Assembly: GCA_965601925.1 (NCBI GenBank)
Contig: OZ271854.1
Location: 3,968,001 to 4,032,000, forward strand
Length of the DNA stretch: 64,000 nt
Reading direction: 5' to 3'
Origin: Alkalispirochaeta sp.
GTDB taxonomy: Bacteria; Spirochaetota; Spirochaetia; DSM-27196; Alkalispirochaetaceae
The notes beneath the pieces are model-generated. The model saw only the letters and a program-made list of their open reading frames with translations, was not told the origin of the DNA and searched no databases. Both the position numbers and the translations under genes were made by a program. This document shows, one piece after another, positions 10,890-20,565 of the stretch; the stretch's first letter is position 1; the number at the start of each line of letters is the position of its first letter.

Positions 10890-11735
10890 TCAGTTTACCA
10901 TCATCTCCTTAAGATAGTCGGCGTTGAGTCGTAGCTTCTTGATCGCGCGCATCTCGATTTGGCGAACCGTCTCCGGCGAGATACCCATCTCATCGGATAT
11001 CTTTTTGAGCGTGTAGCGCTCTCCACCGTCCAGGGCGTAGCGGAAACGCAACACTTGCTGCTCACGAGTCTTGAGTTGCTCCAGACTCTTCAGGGCGGCG
11101 TCGCGAAGGGCCTGCTCCATCACCATTCCGTCAGGTGTGTACGAGTAGTCTTCGAAGATATCCAAAATTGTGCCGTTGTCTTCGTTTATCGTGCTATCGA
11201 GGGACACCGGCGAAACGGCCGCATTCATGATCTCAACGATATCGTCACGATCCAACTGCACCTCCTCCGCAATCTCGTCGACGGTAGGAGTTCGCATCAG
11301 TCGCTGGCTGAGAAAGTTGTAGGCACGCTGGATTCGCTTGAGCGCATCCTCCTTGCGATGGGGAAGACGTATCGGACGACGCCGATTGGCGAGGGAACGC
11401 GTAATCGCCTGTTTGATCCACCACGCGGCGTACGTACTGAAACGGACACCCTTTTTGTGATCGAAGCGACCGGCGGCCTTCAATAATCCCAAGTTCCCAT
11501 CTTGAATGAGATCAAGCAGCGAGACATCGGGACTCATGTACACTTTTGCTATTTTTACGACTAAACGTAGGTTGCTTTCTATCAACTTTTTCCGTGCGTC
11601 GTTGTCTCCCCGCTGAATACAACGGGAGAGCTCCTGCTCTTCTTCCGCAGACAGAAGCGCCGTCTGCCGAATTTGCGCGTAGTACGCTTGAAGAGCATCA
11701 GACTGGGCTGGGCCGGCAATTCGTTTCTTGGCCAT
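10890..11735 (-). CDS. rpoS: Alternative sigma70 factor (RpoS-like, no region 1.1)
   Basis: LLSAEEE, NLRLVVKIAK, DLIQDGNLGL, FSTYAAWWIKQAI, ETVRQIE; about 281 aa; SD AGGAGG; symbol inferred from synteny and promoter. Confidence 0.75.
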   Translation of the reverse strand: MAKKRIAGPAQSDALQAYYAQIRQTALLSAEEEQELSRCIQRGDNDARKKLIESNLRLVVKIAKVYMSPDVSLLDLIQDGNLGLLKAAGRFDHKKGVRFSTYAAWWIKQAITRSLANRRRPIRLPHRKEDALKRIQRAYNFLSQRLMRTPTVDEIAEEVQLDRDDIVEIMNAAVSPVSLDSTINEDNGTILDIFEDYSYTPDGMVMEQALRDAALKSLEQLKTREQQVLRFRYALDGGERYTLKKISDEMGISPETVRQIEMRAIKKLRLNADYLKEMMVN

Positions 11736-11757
11736 ACCTTCCTCCTGCCCATTATGA

Positions 11758-11773
11758 AGCAAGGAGCGTGCCA
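11758..11773 (-). promoter_or_regulatory. Sigma54 (-24/-12) promoter of the sigma factor gene
   Basis: TGGCACG-CTCC-TTGCT, matching TGGCACG-N4-TTGCW, 22 bp upstream of the ATG. Confidence 0.85.
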
Positions 11774-11816
11774 ACATGACATTTTTTCTCGTGATAAAGG
11801 CTATATCATTGACAGA

Positions 11817-11858
11817 CAAAGAAATACCATAAAGTCGCCCCAAAGGGCAGCTTTATGG
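11817..11858 (-). terminator. Probable terminator between flgJ and rpoS
   Basis: CCATAAAG..GCCC-TTTG-GGGC..CTTTATGG followed by TATTTCTTTG. Confidence 0.55.
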
Positions 11859-11931
11859 TTGTATTATTTTTTGTACAATTGCCGGTGCGGCGATTACGTT
11901 TTTTAATACACGTTGCGGTGGCTATAATCTA

Positions 11932-12252
11932 TCACGACCGATACTGGTTCACAATAATTTCGGCCAAACCGAGTCCGCCGGTACGCGACATGATCTGCGC
12001 ATACTCGTCGTATAACATGTCCTCGTAGATATCTCCGGCTAAGCCGGTATCGACGAGGCGATTCTCCGGGTTAAGGGTGCTTCGCATGCTTTCCAACATC
12101 TGTTTAATGAAAATCGCCTCGAAGTCCTCGGCGACCGCCTGGAGTTGCTCGTCGTGACTTCCCTCAGGCACCGTATAGCGCAACGTTTGCATCTGAAGTC
12201 GCGCTACGTCGGCCGATGAATTGCGTAGTGTTCCACCGCTGTTCTCAATCAT
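11932..12252 (-). CDS. flgJ: Single-domain FlgJ (rod-binding) protein
   Basis: AEDFEAIFIKQMLESMR, YEDML.DEYA, GLGLAE; no muramidase domain. Confidence 0.85.
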   Translation of the reverse strand: MIENSGGTLRNSSADVARLQMQTLRYTVPEGSHDEQLQAVAEDFEAIFIKQMLESMRSTLNPENRLVDTGLAGDIYEDMLYDEYAQIMSRTGGLGLAEIIVNQYRS

Positions 12253-12260
12253 AGATCACC

Positions 12261-13055
12261 CTACCGTTTTAGCCCGTTGGCGATACCCAACATCGTGTCG
12301 CTGGTCTGAATGGCGCGACTGTTCATCTCATAGGCGCGCTGTGCCACGATCATGTTCACCATTTCGTTCACCACCGAGACGTTCGACATTTCCAAGAACT
12401 TGTGTAACGTCTGCCCCATCCCTTCGAGTCCGGGCGTGCCGCCGATCGCCTCACCGCTCGCGGCGGATACCTTAAAGAGATTTTGGCCCACCGCGTTGAG
12501 ACCACTCGGATTAACGAAGCGATAGAGTTGCATTTGACCCACATTGAGCGGATCGTCCTGTCCGGGAACCTGCACCAGTATTCGTCCGTCCTGCGTCACC
12601 GTAACGGTCTCGCGTATGAAATTGGGCGGCATGATGACTTCCGGGACGACGCGCAATCCGTTATTGGTAACGAGTTGACCGTTCGAGTCGATCTGGAACG
12701 CCCCGTCACGGGTATAGGAGAAGGTTCCGTCGAAGTCGAGGACGCGAAAGAATCCCTCGCCCTGGATCGCGATATCGCTGACGTTTCCCGTGTTCTGTAG
12801 ACTGCCCTGTTGAAACTGCTTCGACGATCCCGACACACGCACACCGTGGCCGACCTGGACCGGCGTAGGAACGAGCGTTTGTTCGGTCGCGGGGGTTCCG
12901 GCGGTTCGCGTCGTTTGATAGAGCAGGTCCTCAAAGTCGGCACGGTTTCGCTTGAAGCCCGTTGTGTTAACATTCGACAAGTTATTGGAAATCGTATCGA
13001 TGTTGAACTGCTGGCCGATCATGCCCGAGGCCGCAGTCCATAGGGATCTCATCAT
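12261..13055 (-). CDS. flgG: Flagellar basal-body rod protein FlgG
   Basis: MRSLWTAASGM, SNNLSNVNTTGFK, FEDLLYQ, YTRDGAF, LEMSNV, AQRAYE. Confidence 0.95.
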   Translation of the reverse strand: MMRSLWTAASGMIGQQFNIDTISNNLSNVNTTGFKRNRADFEDLLYQTTRTAGTPATEQTLVPTPVQVGHGVRVSGSSKQFQQGSLQNTGNVSDIAIQGEGFFRVLDFDGTFSYTRDGAFQIDSNGQLVTNNGLRVVPEVIMPPNFIRETVTVTQDGRILVQVPGQDDPLNVGQMQLYRFVNPSGLNAVGQNLFKVSAASGEAIGGTPGLEGMGQTLHKFLEMSNVSVVNEMVNMIVAQRAYEMNSRAIQTSDTMLGIANGLKR

Positions 13056-13102
13056 CGTGTGCTCCTCTCACCGGTTGCGCGTTTCATCACTCCGCCTCCG
13101 AG

Positions 13103-13972
13103 CTACTGTGCGCGCATAATCTCACTGATCAGGCGTGCGGTACTCTGGTCGTGGCTCTGAATGACGCGTTGATTGGCCTCGTACGCGCGATTGACCTCAA
13201 TCATCTGAGTCATCTCTACGACGGGATTGATATTCGCCTTCTCCAGGAATCCTTGAAGGACCACCGGCCTCTGATCTCCCACGATATCGATCGCGTCTCC
13301 GCTCTCTCGCGTCACGTTCCACAGGTTTGCGCCCTCCTTGCGGAGGTAGCGCGTCTCTTCCATACCGACGACCCGTAAGGTCGCGATCTGTACCGTCTGG
13401 TCCCACTCGTTTTCCCGCATCTGTACCAACCGATCCGGATCGTCGAGAAAGCGTTGGTTGGCAAAGACCCGTCCCGCCTCGTCGACGACGAAGTTATTGA
13501 GTTTGACTTCAATAGAGTTCCCGTCGTCACCGAGTACCGGATAGCCCTGCTGGGTCACCAGAAGACTTTCGGGGCCGATGGTGAAGCTACCGTTGCGCGT
13601 GTAACGCGCTCCGTACGGCGTGTCTACGACAAAAAAGCCTTCGCCTTCCAGTGCCAGATCGAAGGGACTCTCGGTCTGCTGGACCGCGCCCTGCTCAAAG
13701 ATCGTAAAGACCTCATTCTGCTCGACTCCGGTTCCGAGGCGTCCCACGACCGGAGCGCTATCGATGCTCCCCACCGGCTCGCGACGATACGGAAAGGGAA
13801 TAACACCCGCGTCGCCCGTTCGGCGAAGGAGGAGCTCGGGAAACGCCTTGTGGACCGACACGTCCCGTTTGTATCCCGTCGTGTCCGCATTGGCGAGGTT
13901 GTTCGTGATTGCGTTGAGTCGATGCTGCTGCGCGGCCATACCGCTCGCGGCGGTAAATATACCCCGTACCAT
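13103..13972 (-). CDS. flgF: Flagellar hook-basal body rod protein (FlgF/FlhO type)
   Basis: NNLANADTTGYK, YTRNGSF, GFLEKAN, RAYEANQ. Confidence 0.8.
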   Translation of the reverse strand: MVRGIFTAASGMAAQQHRLNAITNNLANADTTGYKRDVSVHKAFPELLLRRTGDAGVIPFPYRREPVGSIDSAPVVGRLGTGVEQNEVFTIFEQGAVQQTESPFDLALEGEGFFVVDTPYGARYTRNGSFTIGPESLLVTQQGYPVLGDDGNSIEVKLNNFVVDEAGRVFANQRFLDDPDRLVQMRENEWDQTVQIATLRVVGMEETRYLRKEGANLWNVTRESGDAIDIVGDQRPVVLQGFLEKANINPVVEMTQMIEVNRAYEANQRVIQSHDQSTARLISEIMRAQ

Positions 13973-13979
13973 ACCGTTA

Positions 13980-14007
13980 GTATCGGCACGGCAACCGTCC
14001 GGGTTGA
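13980..14007 (-). promoter_or_regulatory. Putative sigma28 promoter of the rod operon
   Basis: TCAA-N16-GCCGATAC, 7 nt before the ATG. Confidence 0.55.
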
Positions 14008-14084
14008 ACGCATGACGCCGCAACACAACCGTGTCGGGGCTTCCCCTTCGTCTTCTTTTTATCTATAGTACTGCCCACAACAAC

Positions 14085-14156
14085 GCCAAGCTAGCTCAGT
14101 GGTAGAGCAGCTCACTCGTAATGAGCAGGTCGTCGGTTCGAGTCCGACGCTTGGCT
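14085..14156 (+). tRNA. tRNA-Thr(CGT)
   Basis: GCCAAGC/GCTTGGC acceptor stem, GCTCA-CTCGTAA-TGAGC, GGTTCGAGTCC. Confidence 0.96.
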
Positions 14157-14308
14157 GTTGTACTTCCTACCGAACGACTCGCTTCTTTTTTTTGTATCGG
14201 TTACCACCTTCACACCGTTGGCCCAGCGACTGAGGAATCGCTTTCACTGCAGAAACAAGATGCGTAAAGATGACAAAAACGTTTATAAATGTTTCTTTGG
14301 AAAAAATA

Positions 14309-14337
14309 TTGATTGAATTGAGAAGAAAGTATATAAA
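14309..14337 (+). promoter_or_regulatory. Putative sigma70 promoter
   Basis: TTGATT-N17-TATAAA in an AT-rich stretch. Confidence 0.55.
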
Positions 14338-14411
14338 CTAGTCTCTGATACTAGTGTCATCCGTGCAAAAAAAAGTACTACCACACAATACGATCGCTGG
14401 AGGTTTGCCAG

Positions 14412-15059
14412 ATGAACAAGATGTTTCGCTTGTCGATGGTGATGTGCATCATCGCAGTGTTGGGCGCCGTTTTGGTCGGTTGCGACACCGGCGGTGGGAG
14501 CGACGGAACCGATATAACGACGGTTCTTTGGAGAGAAGACGGAAACGGATTCTATCAGTTCTCTACCAACGATCCCGCTGACTATGAGTTCTCTTTTTGG
14601 AACGCGCTGAATGTCGACCAAACGCTGGTGGACACGTTCGATTTGGTAGTAAAAAAAGAATCCGGTGCGAGCACTATGGGATACGGAGTTGTCTTCGACT
14701 ACGTGGATGGCGACAACTTCAGCCGGGTGCTGATAACGCTAAATGGAAGCTATAGTATTCGCCGCATAGAAAACGACGTTCAATCGGTGATCACTACAGA
14801 AAGTTTTCAGTCTTCGAATGGTGCCGTGAATGCAACCACGGGAGGTGAGAATCGTATTAGAATCGACCTCGACAGGACGAGCGACACACTCACGCTCACG
14901 ATAAACGGTACCGTGCTCGAAAACGGGTTGGCCTATGTAGACCTCGGTGGGAGCGGGCTCGGCGGCTACGCCGCAGTCGGCGACGCAACGCTCGAAAACT
15001 TTCCCGCCGTGCCGGTCGATGTTCGATATCGCACCGTCTCACCGATTGCTCAACCGTAG
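14412..15059 (+). CDS. Lipoprotein of unknown function, beta-rich
   Basis: Signal peptide with LVG-C lipobox; SD GGAGG; lower GC than flanks. Confidence 0.8.
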   Translation: MNKMFRLSMVMCIIAVLGAVLVGCDTGGGSDGTDITTVLWREDGNGFYQFSTNDPADYEFSFWNALNVDQTLVDTFDLVVKKESGASTMGYGVVFDYVDGDNFSRVLITLNGSYSIRRIENDVQSVITTESFQSSNGAVNATTGGENRIRIDLDRTSDTLTLTINGTVLENGLAYVDLGGSGLGGYAAVGDATLENFPAVPVDVRYRTVSPIAQP

Positions 15060-15098
15060 TAGCGGCCGCCTTGTCACAAAAAGACACGCACACCGACA

Positions 15099-15138
15099 GT
15101 GAACTACCGGTGTTCCTCAAAGGACTCCGGTAGTTCAC
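15099..15138. terminator. Stem-loop between convergent genes
   Basis: Perfect 12-bp inverted repeat GTGAACTACCGG/CCGGTAGTTCAC. Confidence 0.55.
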
Positions 15139-15221
15139 CGTCACGTCTCATAGAGACGGATAGCGATATCAAATGCACCGCTTCCCGCAGTCTCGCAGTC
15201 TGCCGTCCTGCGGCACAGAGA

Positions 15222-15986
15222 TCACAACTCCGGCGCACTGTGATAGGCGTATAGGTCCGACCGAATCTTGCGACAGAGTTCTTGAAACTCGGTGTCGTCC
15301 GCATGGCGCGGTCGCGGTGCCGTGGGGCGATACTCTTCCACGGCGGTCGCCGGAGAACCGGCGAGGAGAATGATGCGGTCCGCGAGCAATACAGCCTCCT
15401 CCACGTCGTGGGTTACAAAAAGGATCGTGGTGCGCGTCTCCTCCCAGATACGGCGTATTTCATCTTGAAGGGACCGGCGGGTCATCGCATCCAACGCGCT
15501 GAAGGGTTCGTCCATAAGCAGGAGGTCCGGTTCCACCGCCAAAGCGCGCGCAATACCGACCCGTTGTTGTTGTCCACCCGACAGCTGTGAAGGCCGTTTG
15601 TGGGCGTGAGCGCCCAGGCCGACCAACCGCAACATTGCGTCGCCTCTCCTCCGCCGTTCCTCGCGCGTCAATGGAAGGCCCTCAAGGCCGAATATCACGT
15701 TGCGACGTACGCTTCGCCACGAGAACAGACGCGCATCCTGAAAGACCATTCCAACGGGGCGGCGGTCGCGCTCGGAGGTCGTACGGAACGTCACGATGCC
15801 GCGAGTCGGCTCCATAAGCCCGCCCACGACGCGCAGGATGGACGACTTTCCCACTCCCGAGATACCGAAAAACACGACAAACTCTCCGGGTGTGATCGAG
15901 ACGTCGATGTTGTCGAGAATCGTATGGCGGTCGGGACCTTCCCCGACGTCGATCGTGACGTTATTGAGGTGAACGATCGGGGTCAC
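15222..15986 (-). CDS. NitT/TauT/SsuB-type ABC ATP-binding protein
   Basis: [30 protein letters not shown] start overlapping the permease stop. Confidence 0.92.
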   Translation of the reverse strand: MTPIVHLNNVTIDVGEGPDRHTILDNIDVSITPGEFVVFFGISGVGKSSILRVVGGLMEPTRGIVTFRTTSERDRRPVGMVFQDARLFSWRSVRRNVIFGLEGLPLTREERRRRGDAMLRLVGLGAHAHKRPSQLSGGQQQRVGIARALAVEPDLLLMDEPFSALDAMTRRSLQDEIRRIWEETRTTILFVTHDVEEAVLLADRIILLAGSPATAVEEYRPTAPRPRHADDTEFQELCRKIRSDLYAYHSAPEL

Positions 15987-16747
15987 ACGCGACTCCACGC
16001 CGTTACGGTCCGTTTCACAAGGAGAAACAACACTTCGGTCAGACCGTACAACAGCGCAATCGTGAACATGTAGATGGCGACGACATCGATGGCGAGTAGC
16101 CCCGATGCAACCATCATCCGTTGACCGATTCCTTCGATGCCGAAAAGTTCCGCCGCAACCACCGTCATCCACCCCTGCCCGAGGCCGGTTCGCACGCCGG
16201 TAACGATGCCCGGTGAGGCGGCGGGCAATACGACGCGAAACACACGCGAAAAGAAGCGCCCGTGCCCGAAGACGCGCGCGACGTCTACCAGGCCCTCGTC
16301 GACCGCTCCGATCGCTCCTACGGCGGCGAAGTAGTTGATCCAAAAGACGCCGATCGAGATGATGAACGCCGCACTGCGGCGATTGATGCCGAACCAGATA
16401 ATCGCAAAGGGGATCCACGCCAGTGGAGGAATGGGACGCAATACGCGTACGACAATCGACTGCCACTCCTGCACGCTGGGAACGAGAGCCACCGCCGTAC
16501 CTACGACAAGTCCAAGTCCGGTTCCCAACGCCCATCCCAGACCGTAGTGCGATAGGCTCGATGCGACCATGCGCAGCCAGATGCCGCTTTGGATCTCCTG
16601 TACGAATCGGAGCGGAAGGGCCGAGGGGCGGGGGATGATACGCGGCGAGAGGACGCCGGTGCGTACGCTGATCTCCCACGCGACAAGGAGCAAGATCAAA
16701 CCTCCCACCCCCCGTAGGATTCGTCGCACCCGTACGGCGTCGATCAC
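15983..16747 (-). CDS. NitT/TauT/SsuC-type ABC permease
   Basis: [19 protein letters not shown]; multiple TM segments. Confidence 0.92.
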   Translation of the reverse strand: MIDAVRVRRILRGVGGLILLLVAWEISVRTGVLSPRIIPRPSALPLRFVQEIQSGIWLRMVASSLSHYGLGWALGTGLGLVVGTAVALVPSVQEWQSIVVRVLRPIPPLAWIPFAIIWFGINRRSAAFIISIGVFWINYFAAVGAIGAVDEGLVDVARVFGHGRFFSRVFRVVLPAASPGIVTGVRTGLGQGWMTVVAAELFGIEGIGQRMMVASGLLAIDVVAIYMFTIALLYGLTEVLFLLVKRTVTAWSRV

Positions 16748-17826
16748 TCCGCTACCGCCTCGTAAAACCGAAGATCGAAGAGCGCCTGGAGGTCGACGGG
16801 GCGTGCAAGGGTACCTTGGGATAGTTGAAAGTCGTGCATGCGTCCGGTCGCCTCGATGATACGCGACGGATCCGCCACATAATTCGTCGACGGCGACGAC
16901 AGCGCCGCCTCCATCGTCTCCGACGACACCAGGCCGGTTCCGATGTACGCAAGCGCATGTCGGGCCGCGGTCGGGATATCGTTGATGAGAAACTCCGTCG
17001 CGCGGACGTGCATCGCGACTAAGCGCTCCACCGCCTCGGGCGTCTCGTCGATTAACGATTGTCGGACCGCCAATACCGCACCGGGTTGGTCGGGGAACAT
17101 CGTGCTCGCCCGTGCCAGCACGCGAAGGGTTGGGTCGCGTTCTTGTACGATGGTAAGCGTCGGCTCCAAGATCGAGGCGCCGTCGACGCTTCCGGTGAGC
17201 AGCGCCTGTTGAACTTGGTCGGCACCCATCGGAATGATCTCCAGTGCGTCGGCGGCGAGCCCCAGTTGCCGGCGCACCCAGTACTGCAGCACCGTATGAG
17301 GTACCGAGCCCTCCGGGAACGTCGCGATGCGCGCCCTTCGCCCGTTCGCCTCCTCAAACGCTGCAAAGAGAGTACCCGGGCGCGCGGAGTTATAGTGTGA
17401 CGCGAGTACGTCTCCTGCGACGAACGCAATCTGCTCCACGATACTCGATGCGACGACTCGAATATCCTGGCCTCTGCCGCGCGCGACCATGGCGGGGCCT
17501 ATTCCGACGAACATCACGTCGAGTTCACCGCTTGCGACGGCCTGTACCATCGCCGGTCCGTTCTGAAAGCGCACCAAGTTGAACTCGATACCGGCCTCCT
17601 CAGTCCACCCCTCCTCAACCATGATGAACACCTGCGCCACGGGAAGAATCGGCATATATCCGACATCGAGCACGACCGGACGCGTATCGGGCGCGTTATA
17701 CTCATTCGGCGGTTCCCCCTGCCCTCCGGCACTCACCGTGAAAGAAAGAGCCGTCGTAAGCGCGACGATAATCGTCGCACGGCGCCGGCGGCGTGCGATG
17801 GTCGATTGGTGAAAACATGTGCTCAT
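16744..17826 (-). CDS. NitT/TauT/SsuA-type substrate-binding protein
   Basis: Signal peptide, VGYMPI, FQNGP....SGELD, EP motif. Confidence 0.88.
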   Translation of the reverse strand: MSTCFHQSTIARRRRRATIIVALTTALSFTVSAGGQGEPPNEYNAPDTRPVVLDVGYMPILPVAQVFIMVEEGWTEEAGIEFNLVRFQNGPAMVQAVASGELDVMFVGIGPAMVARGRGQDIRVVASSIVEQIAFVAGDVLASHYNSARPGTLFAAFEEANGRRARIATFPEGSVPHTVLQYWVRRQLGLAADALEIIPMGADQVQQALLTGSVDGASILEPTLTIVQERDPTLRVLARASTMFPDQPGAVLAVRQSLIDETPEAVERLVAMHVRATEFLINDIPTAARHALAYIGTGLVSSETMEAALSSPSTNYVADPSRIIEATGRMHDFQLSQGTLARPVDLQALFDLRFYEAVAE

Positions 17827-17917
17827 CGGTGCACCTCCGGCGCTAAACTAAGTTTCTAACGTTATTTAGTCAAGATAGCGACTGAGAATACGACCCCCTT
17901 AGGCACATCCTTCGGTA

Positions 17918-18820
17918 TTAGGCGGGAAACACACCGGTTGAGACGTAACGGTCGCCCCGGTCGCAAATGACTACCACAATGATTGCGTCCGTCTTTCCGC
18001 GGGCCTCGACTTCGCGCGCTACATCAAGGGCGACGGAGACGTTTCCGCCCGAAGAAACCCCGGCAAAGATACCCTCCTGCGCGGCGAGCGAGCGCATCGT
18101 ATCGAGTGCCGTATCGCGAGATACGATGCGACGGTCATCTATGCGGCTTTCCTCGTAGATTGCGGGCATATACTCCGGCGGCCACGCCCGAATGCCGGGG
18201 ATGCCGCCGTGTTCATCGGGACGTGCGGCTACGATTGTTACCGCCGAATTCTGCTCCTTGAGATAGCGAGAGGTTCCCATCAACGTACCGGTCGTCCCGG
18301 TAGACGCCACGAAATGTGTGATTTTTCCGTCGGTGTCGCGCCATATCTCGGGACCCGTCGTACGGTAATGAGAGTCCGGATTGTCGGGATTACCGAATTG
18401 ATCCAGTACGATACCCTCGCCGGCCGCCTCCATTTCGCGAGCCAAGTCGATCGCACCCTCCATGCTGCGCTCCTTGGGGGTCAAGACGACCTCGGCGCCG
18501 TAGGCGCGCATCAACGATCGCCGCTCGGAACTCATATGCTCGGGCATTATCAGAATCATACGGTACCCTTTGACCGCTGCTGCCATGGCGAGGGCGATAC
18601 CGGTGTTGCCGCTGGTGGCCTCAATAAGGGTGTCGCCGGGCTTGATCCGTCCGCGCTCCTCGGCGGCACTTATCATGCGGAATGCGGGGCGGTCCTTCAC
18701 CGATCCTGCGGGGTTGTCGCCTTCGAGTTTGCACAGGATGAGACTTGGGCCGCGGTGAAGACGGCGTAGTTTCACCAGCGGCGTATTACCGATGCACTCT
18801 TCGATTGAAAAAAATCTCAT
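17918..18820 (-). CDS. cysM: Cysteine synthase B
   Basis: IGNTPLV, KLEGDNPAGSVKDR, ATSGNTG, IPGIRAWP.EY (CysM-type), CDRGDRY. Confidence 0.92.
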   Translation of the reverse strand: MRFFSIEECIGNTPLVKLRRLHRGPSLILCKLEGDNPAGSVKDRPAFRMISAAEERGRIKPGDTLIEATSGNTGIALAMAAAVKGYRMILIMPEHMSSERRSLMRAYGAEVVLTPKERSMEGAIDLAREMEAAGEGIVLDQFGNPDNPDSHYRTTGPEIWRDTDGKITHFVASTGTTGTLMGTSRYLKEQNSAVTIVAARPDEHGGIPGIRAWPPEYMPAIYEESRIDDRRIVSRDTALDTMRSLAAQEGIFAGVSSGGNVSVALDVAREVEARGKTDAIIVVVICDRGDRYVSTGVFPA

Positions 18821-18899
18821 GGGCCAAATATAAGTTGATTATCTTGATTGGTGAACTATGTATTGACGTTGCCGTCCATCCATGGGGATACTCACATCC

Positions 18900-19334
18900 A
18901 TGACAATGAGCATTGCGCTCCGGCGAGTGAACGCGGCGGCACATTTCGAGGCTACCAACGGGGACGGTAATACCGTTTCGATCGACGGCGCGGCGGCCGT
19001 CGGCGGCGAGAACCTCGGGTTCAGGCCGATGCAGTTGGCTCTTACCGCTCTTGCGTCGTGCGCAGGCATGGACGTTGCGCCGATTCTCGCTAAGCAACGC
19101 CAGCGGCTCAGGGATATGCGCGTGACGGCAACGGGAGAGCGAGGAGACGGCACGCCTTCACCCTTTACGGCGATACACCTCCATTTCGACCTGTACGGCG
19201 CATTGCGAGAGGCACCGGTCCGCAAGGCGCTCGATCTCGCGGTCCATAAATACTGTTCCGTCGGAGCGATGCTTGAAGGAGCCGTAGATATCACGTGGAC
19301 GGTGGATATCCACGGCGAGGAGGATGCTTCGTGA
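18900..19334 (+). CDS. OsmC/YhfA-family protein
   Basis: GFRPMQL..ALASC, KYCSV. Confidence 0.88.
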   Translation: MTMSIALRRVNAAAHFEATNGDGNTVSIDGAAAVGGENLGFRPMQLALTALASCAGMDVAPILAKQRQRLRDMRVTATGERGDGTPSPFTAIHLHFDLYGALREAPVRKALDLAVHKYCSVGAMLEGAVDITWTVDIHGEEDAS

Positions 19335-20557
19335 CTACACCGCACCGCGACGGCGATCACACCGCCGAAGGGCGATCGTTCGATATCGATACTGCCGGTT
19401 TCGACACCCGGGCGATTCGCACCCAGGCGCGTCGAAGCGCGCACCGGGAACACAGCGTACCGGTCTATCTCACTTCGAGTTTCGTCTTCGATTCGGCCGA
19501 ACAGGGTCGCGATCTTTTCGCCGGTCAGGAAGAGGGGCTGGTCTACTCGCGATACGGAAACCCCAGCGTGGACGAGTTCATCACCAAGCTGTGCCGCATG
19601 GAAGGCACCGAGGACGGTATCGCTACTGCAACCGGCATGGCGGCGATGTTCGCGTCTATCGCCGGGCTTGTGTCGGCCGGCGATCATGTGGTGTGCTCGA
19701 GGGCCGTATTCGGCTCGACGTCGCAGATTCTCACCAAATTACTTCCGCGATGGAACATTGAGACGACGTTCGTTCCGCCGGGAGAGACCGCGGCGTGGCG
19801 AGAGGCGATCCGGGACAACACGCGCCTTTTGTTCGCCGAGACGCCGTCCAACCCCGGTTTGGAGCTCATCGACATCGAGGCGGTGGCGAAGATTGCCCGT
19901 GACGCCGGAGCGCTGTTCGTCGTCGACAACTGTTTTGCGACACCGTGGCTGCAACAACCGGCGCGTTTGGGCGCCGATATCGTTACCCACTCGGCGACGA
20001 AGTTCATGGACGGCCAAGGTCGCGTTCTCGGCGGCGCGATTCTCGGCCCCGCCGGCATTATTGATGAGCTTCGTTTCTTCACGCGCCAAACGGGCCCCGC
20101 CCTCTCGCCGTTCAACGCTTGGGTCTTGTCCAAGAGTCTGGAGACGCTCTCGCTACGCGTCGATCGCCACTGCGAAAACGCCGAGACGATCGCCCGCCGG
20201 TTGGCGACCCACGAGGCGGTGGCGCGGGTTCGATATCCTTTTCTCGCGAGCCATCCGCAACACGAGCTGGCGCGCCGCCAGATGCGTCGCGGCGGAGGGC
20301 TCGTTACCATCGACGTTGTCGGCGACGAGGAGGCGGCGATGCGCTTCATCAATCGATTGCGCATGGTAAGTCGGTCGTCCAACCTCGGCGACTCGCGTAG
20401 CATCGCGACGCATCCGCGTACGACGACCCACGCCAAGTTGAGCGAGGACGAGCGGGTAGCGCTCGGCATCCTCCCGACGACGGTGCGCCTGGCGATCGGC
20501 CTCGAGGATGTTGCGGATATCCTCGCGGATGTCGAGAACGCCCTTTCGGCGGGGTAA
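19331..20557 (+). CDS. metZ: O-succinyl/acetyl-homoserine sulfhydrylase (Cys/Met PLP family)
   Basis: YSRYGNP, ATGMAA, ETPSNP, DNCFATP, HSATK.MDGQGR, NLGD. Confidence 0.85.
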   Translation: MTTPHRDGDHTAEGRSFDIDTAGFDTRAIRTQARRSAHREHSVPVYLTSSFVFDSAEQGRDLFAGQEEGLVYSRYGNPSVDEFITKLCRMEGTEDGIATATGMAAMFASIAGLVSAGDHVVCSRAVFGSTSQILTKLLPRWNIETTFVPPGETAAWREAIRDNTRLLFAETPSNPGLELIDIEAVAKIARDAGALFVVDNCFATPWLQQPARLGADIVTHSATKFMDGQGRVLGGAILGPAGIIDELRFFTRQTGPALSPFNAWVLSKSLETLSLRVDRHCENAETIARRLATHEAVARVRYPFLASHPQHELARRQMRRGGGLVTIDVVGDEEAAMRFINRLRMVSRSSNLGDSRSIATHPRTTTHAKLSEDERVALGILPTTVRLAIGLEDVADILADVENALSAG

Positions 20558-20565
20558 ACAGAGCG

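Noticed and set aside
15099..15138. IS200/605 or IscB element end (GTGAACTACC)
   Set aside because: No tnpA/tnpB/iscB nearby; a simple stem-loop between convergent genes explains it
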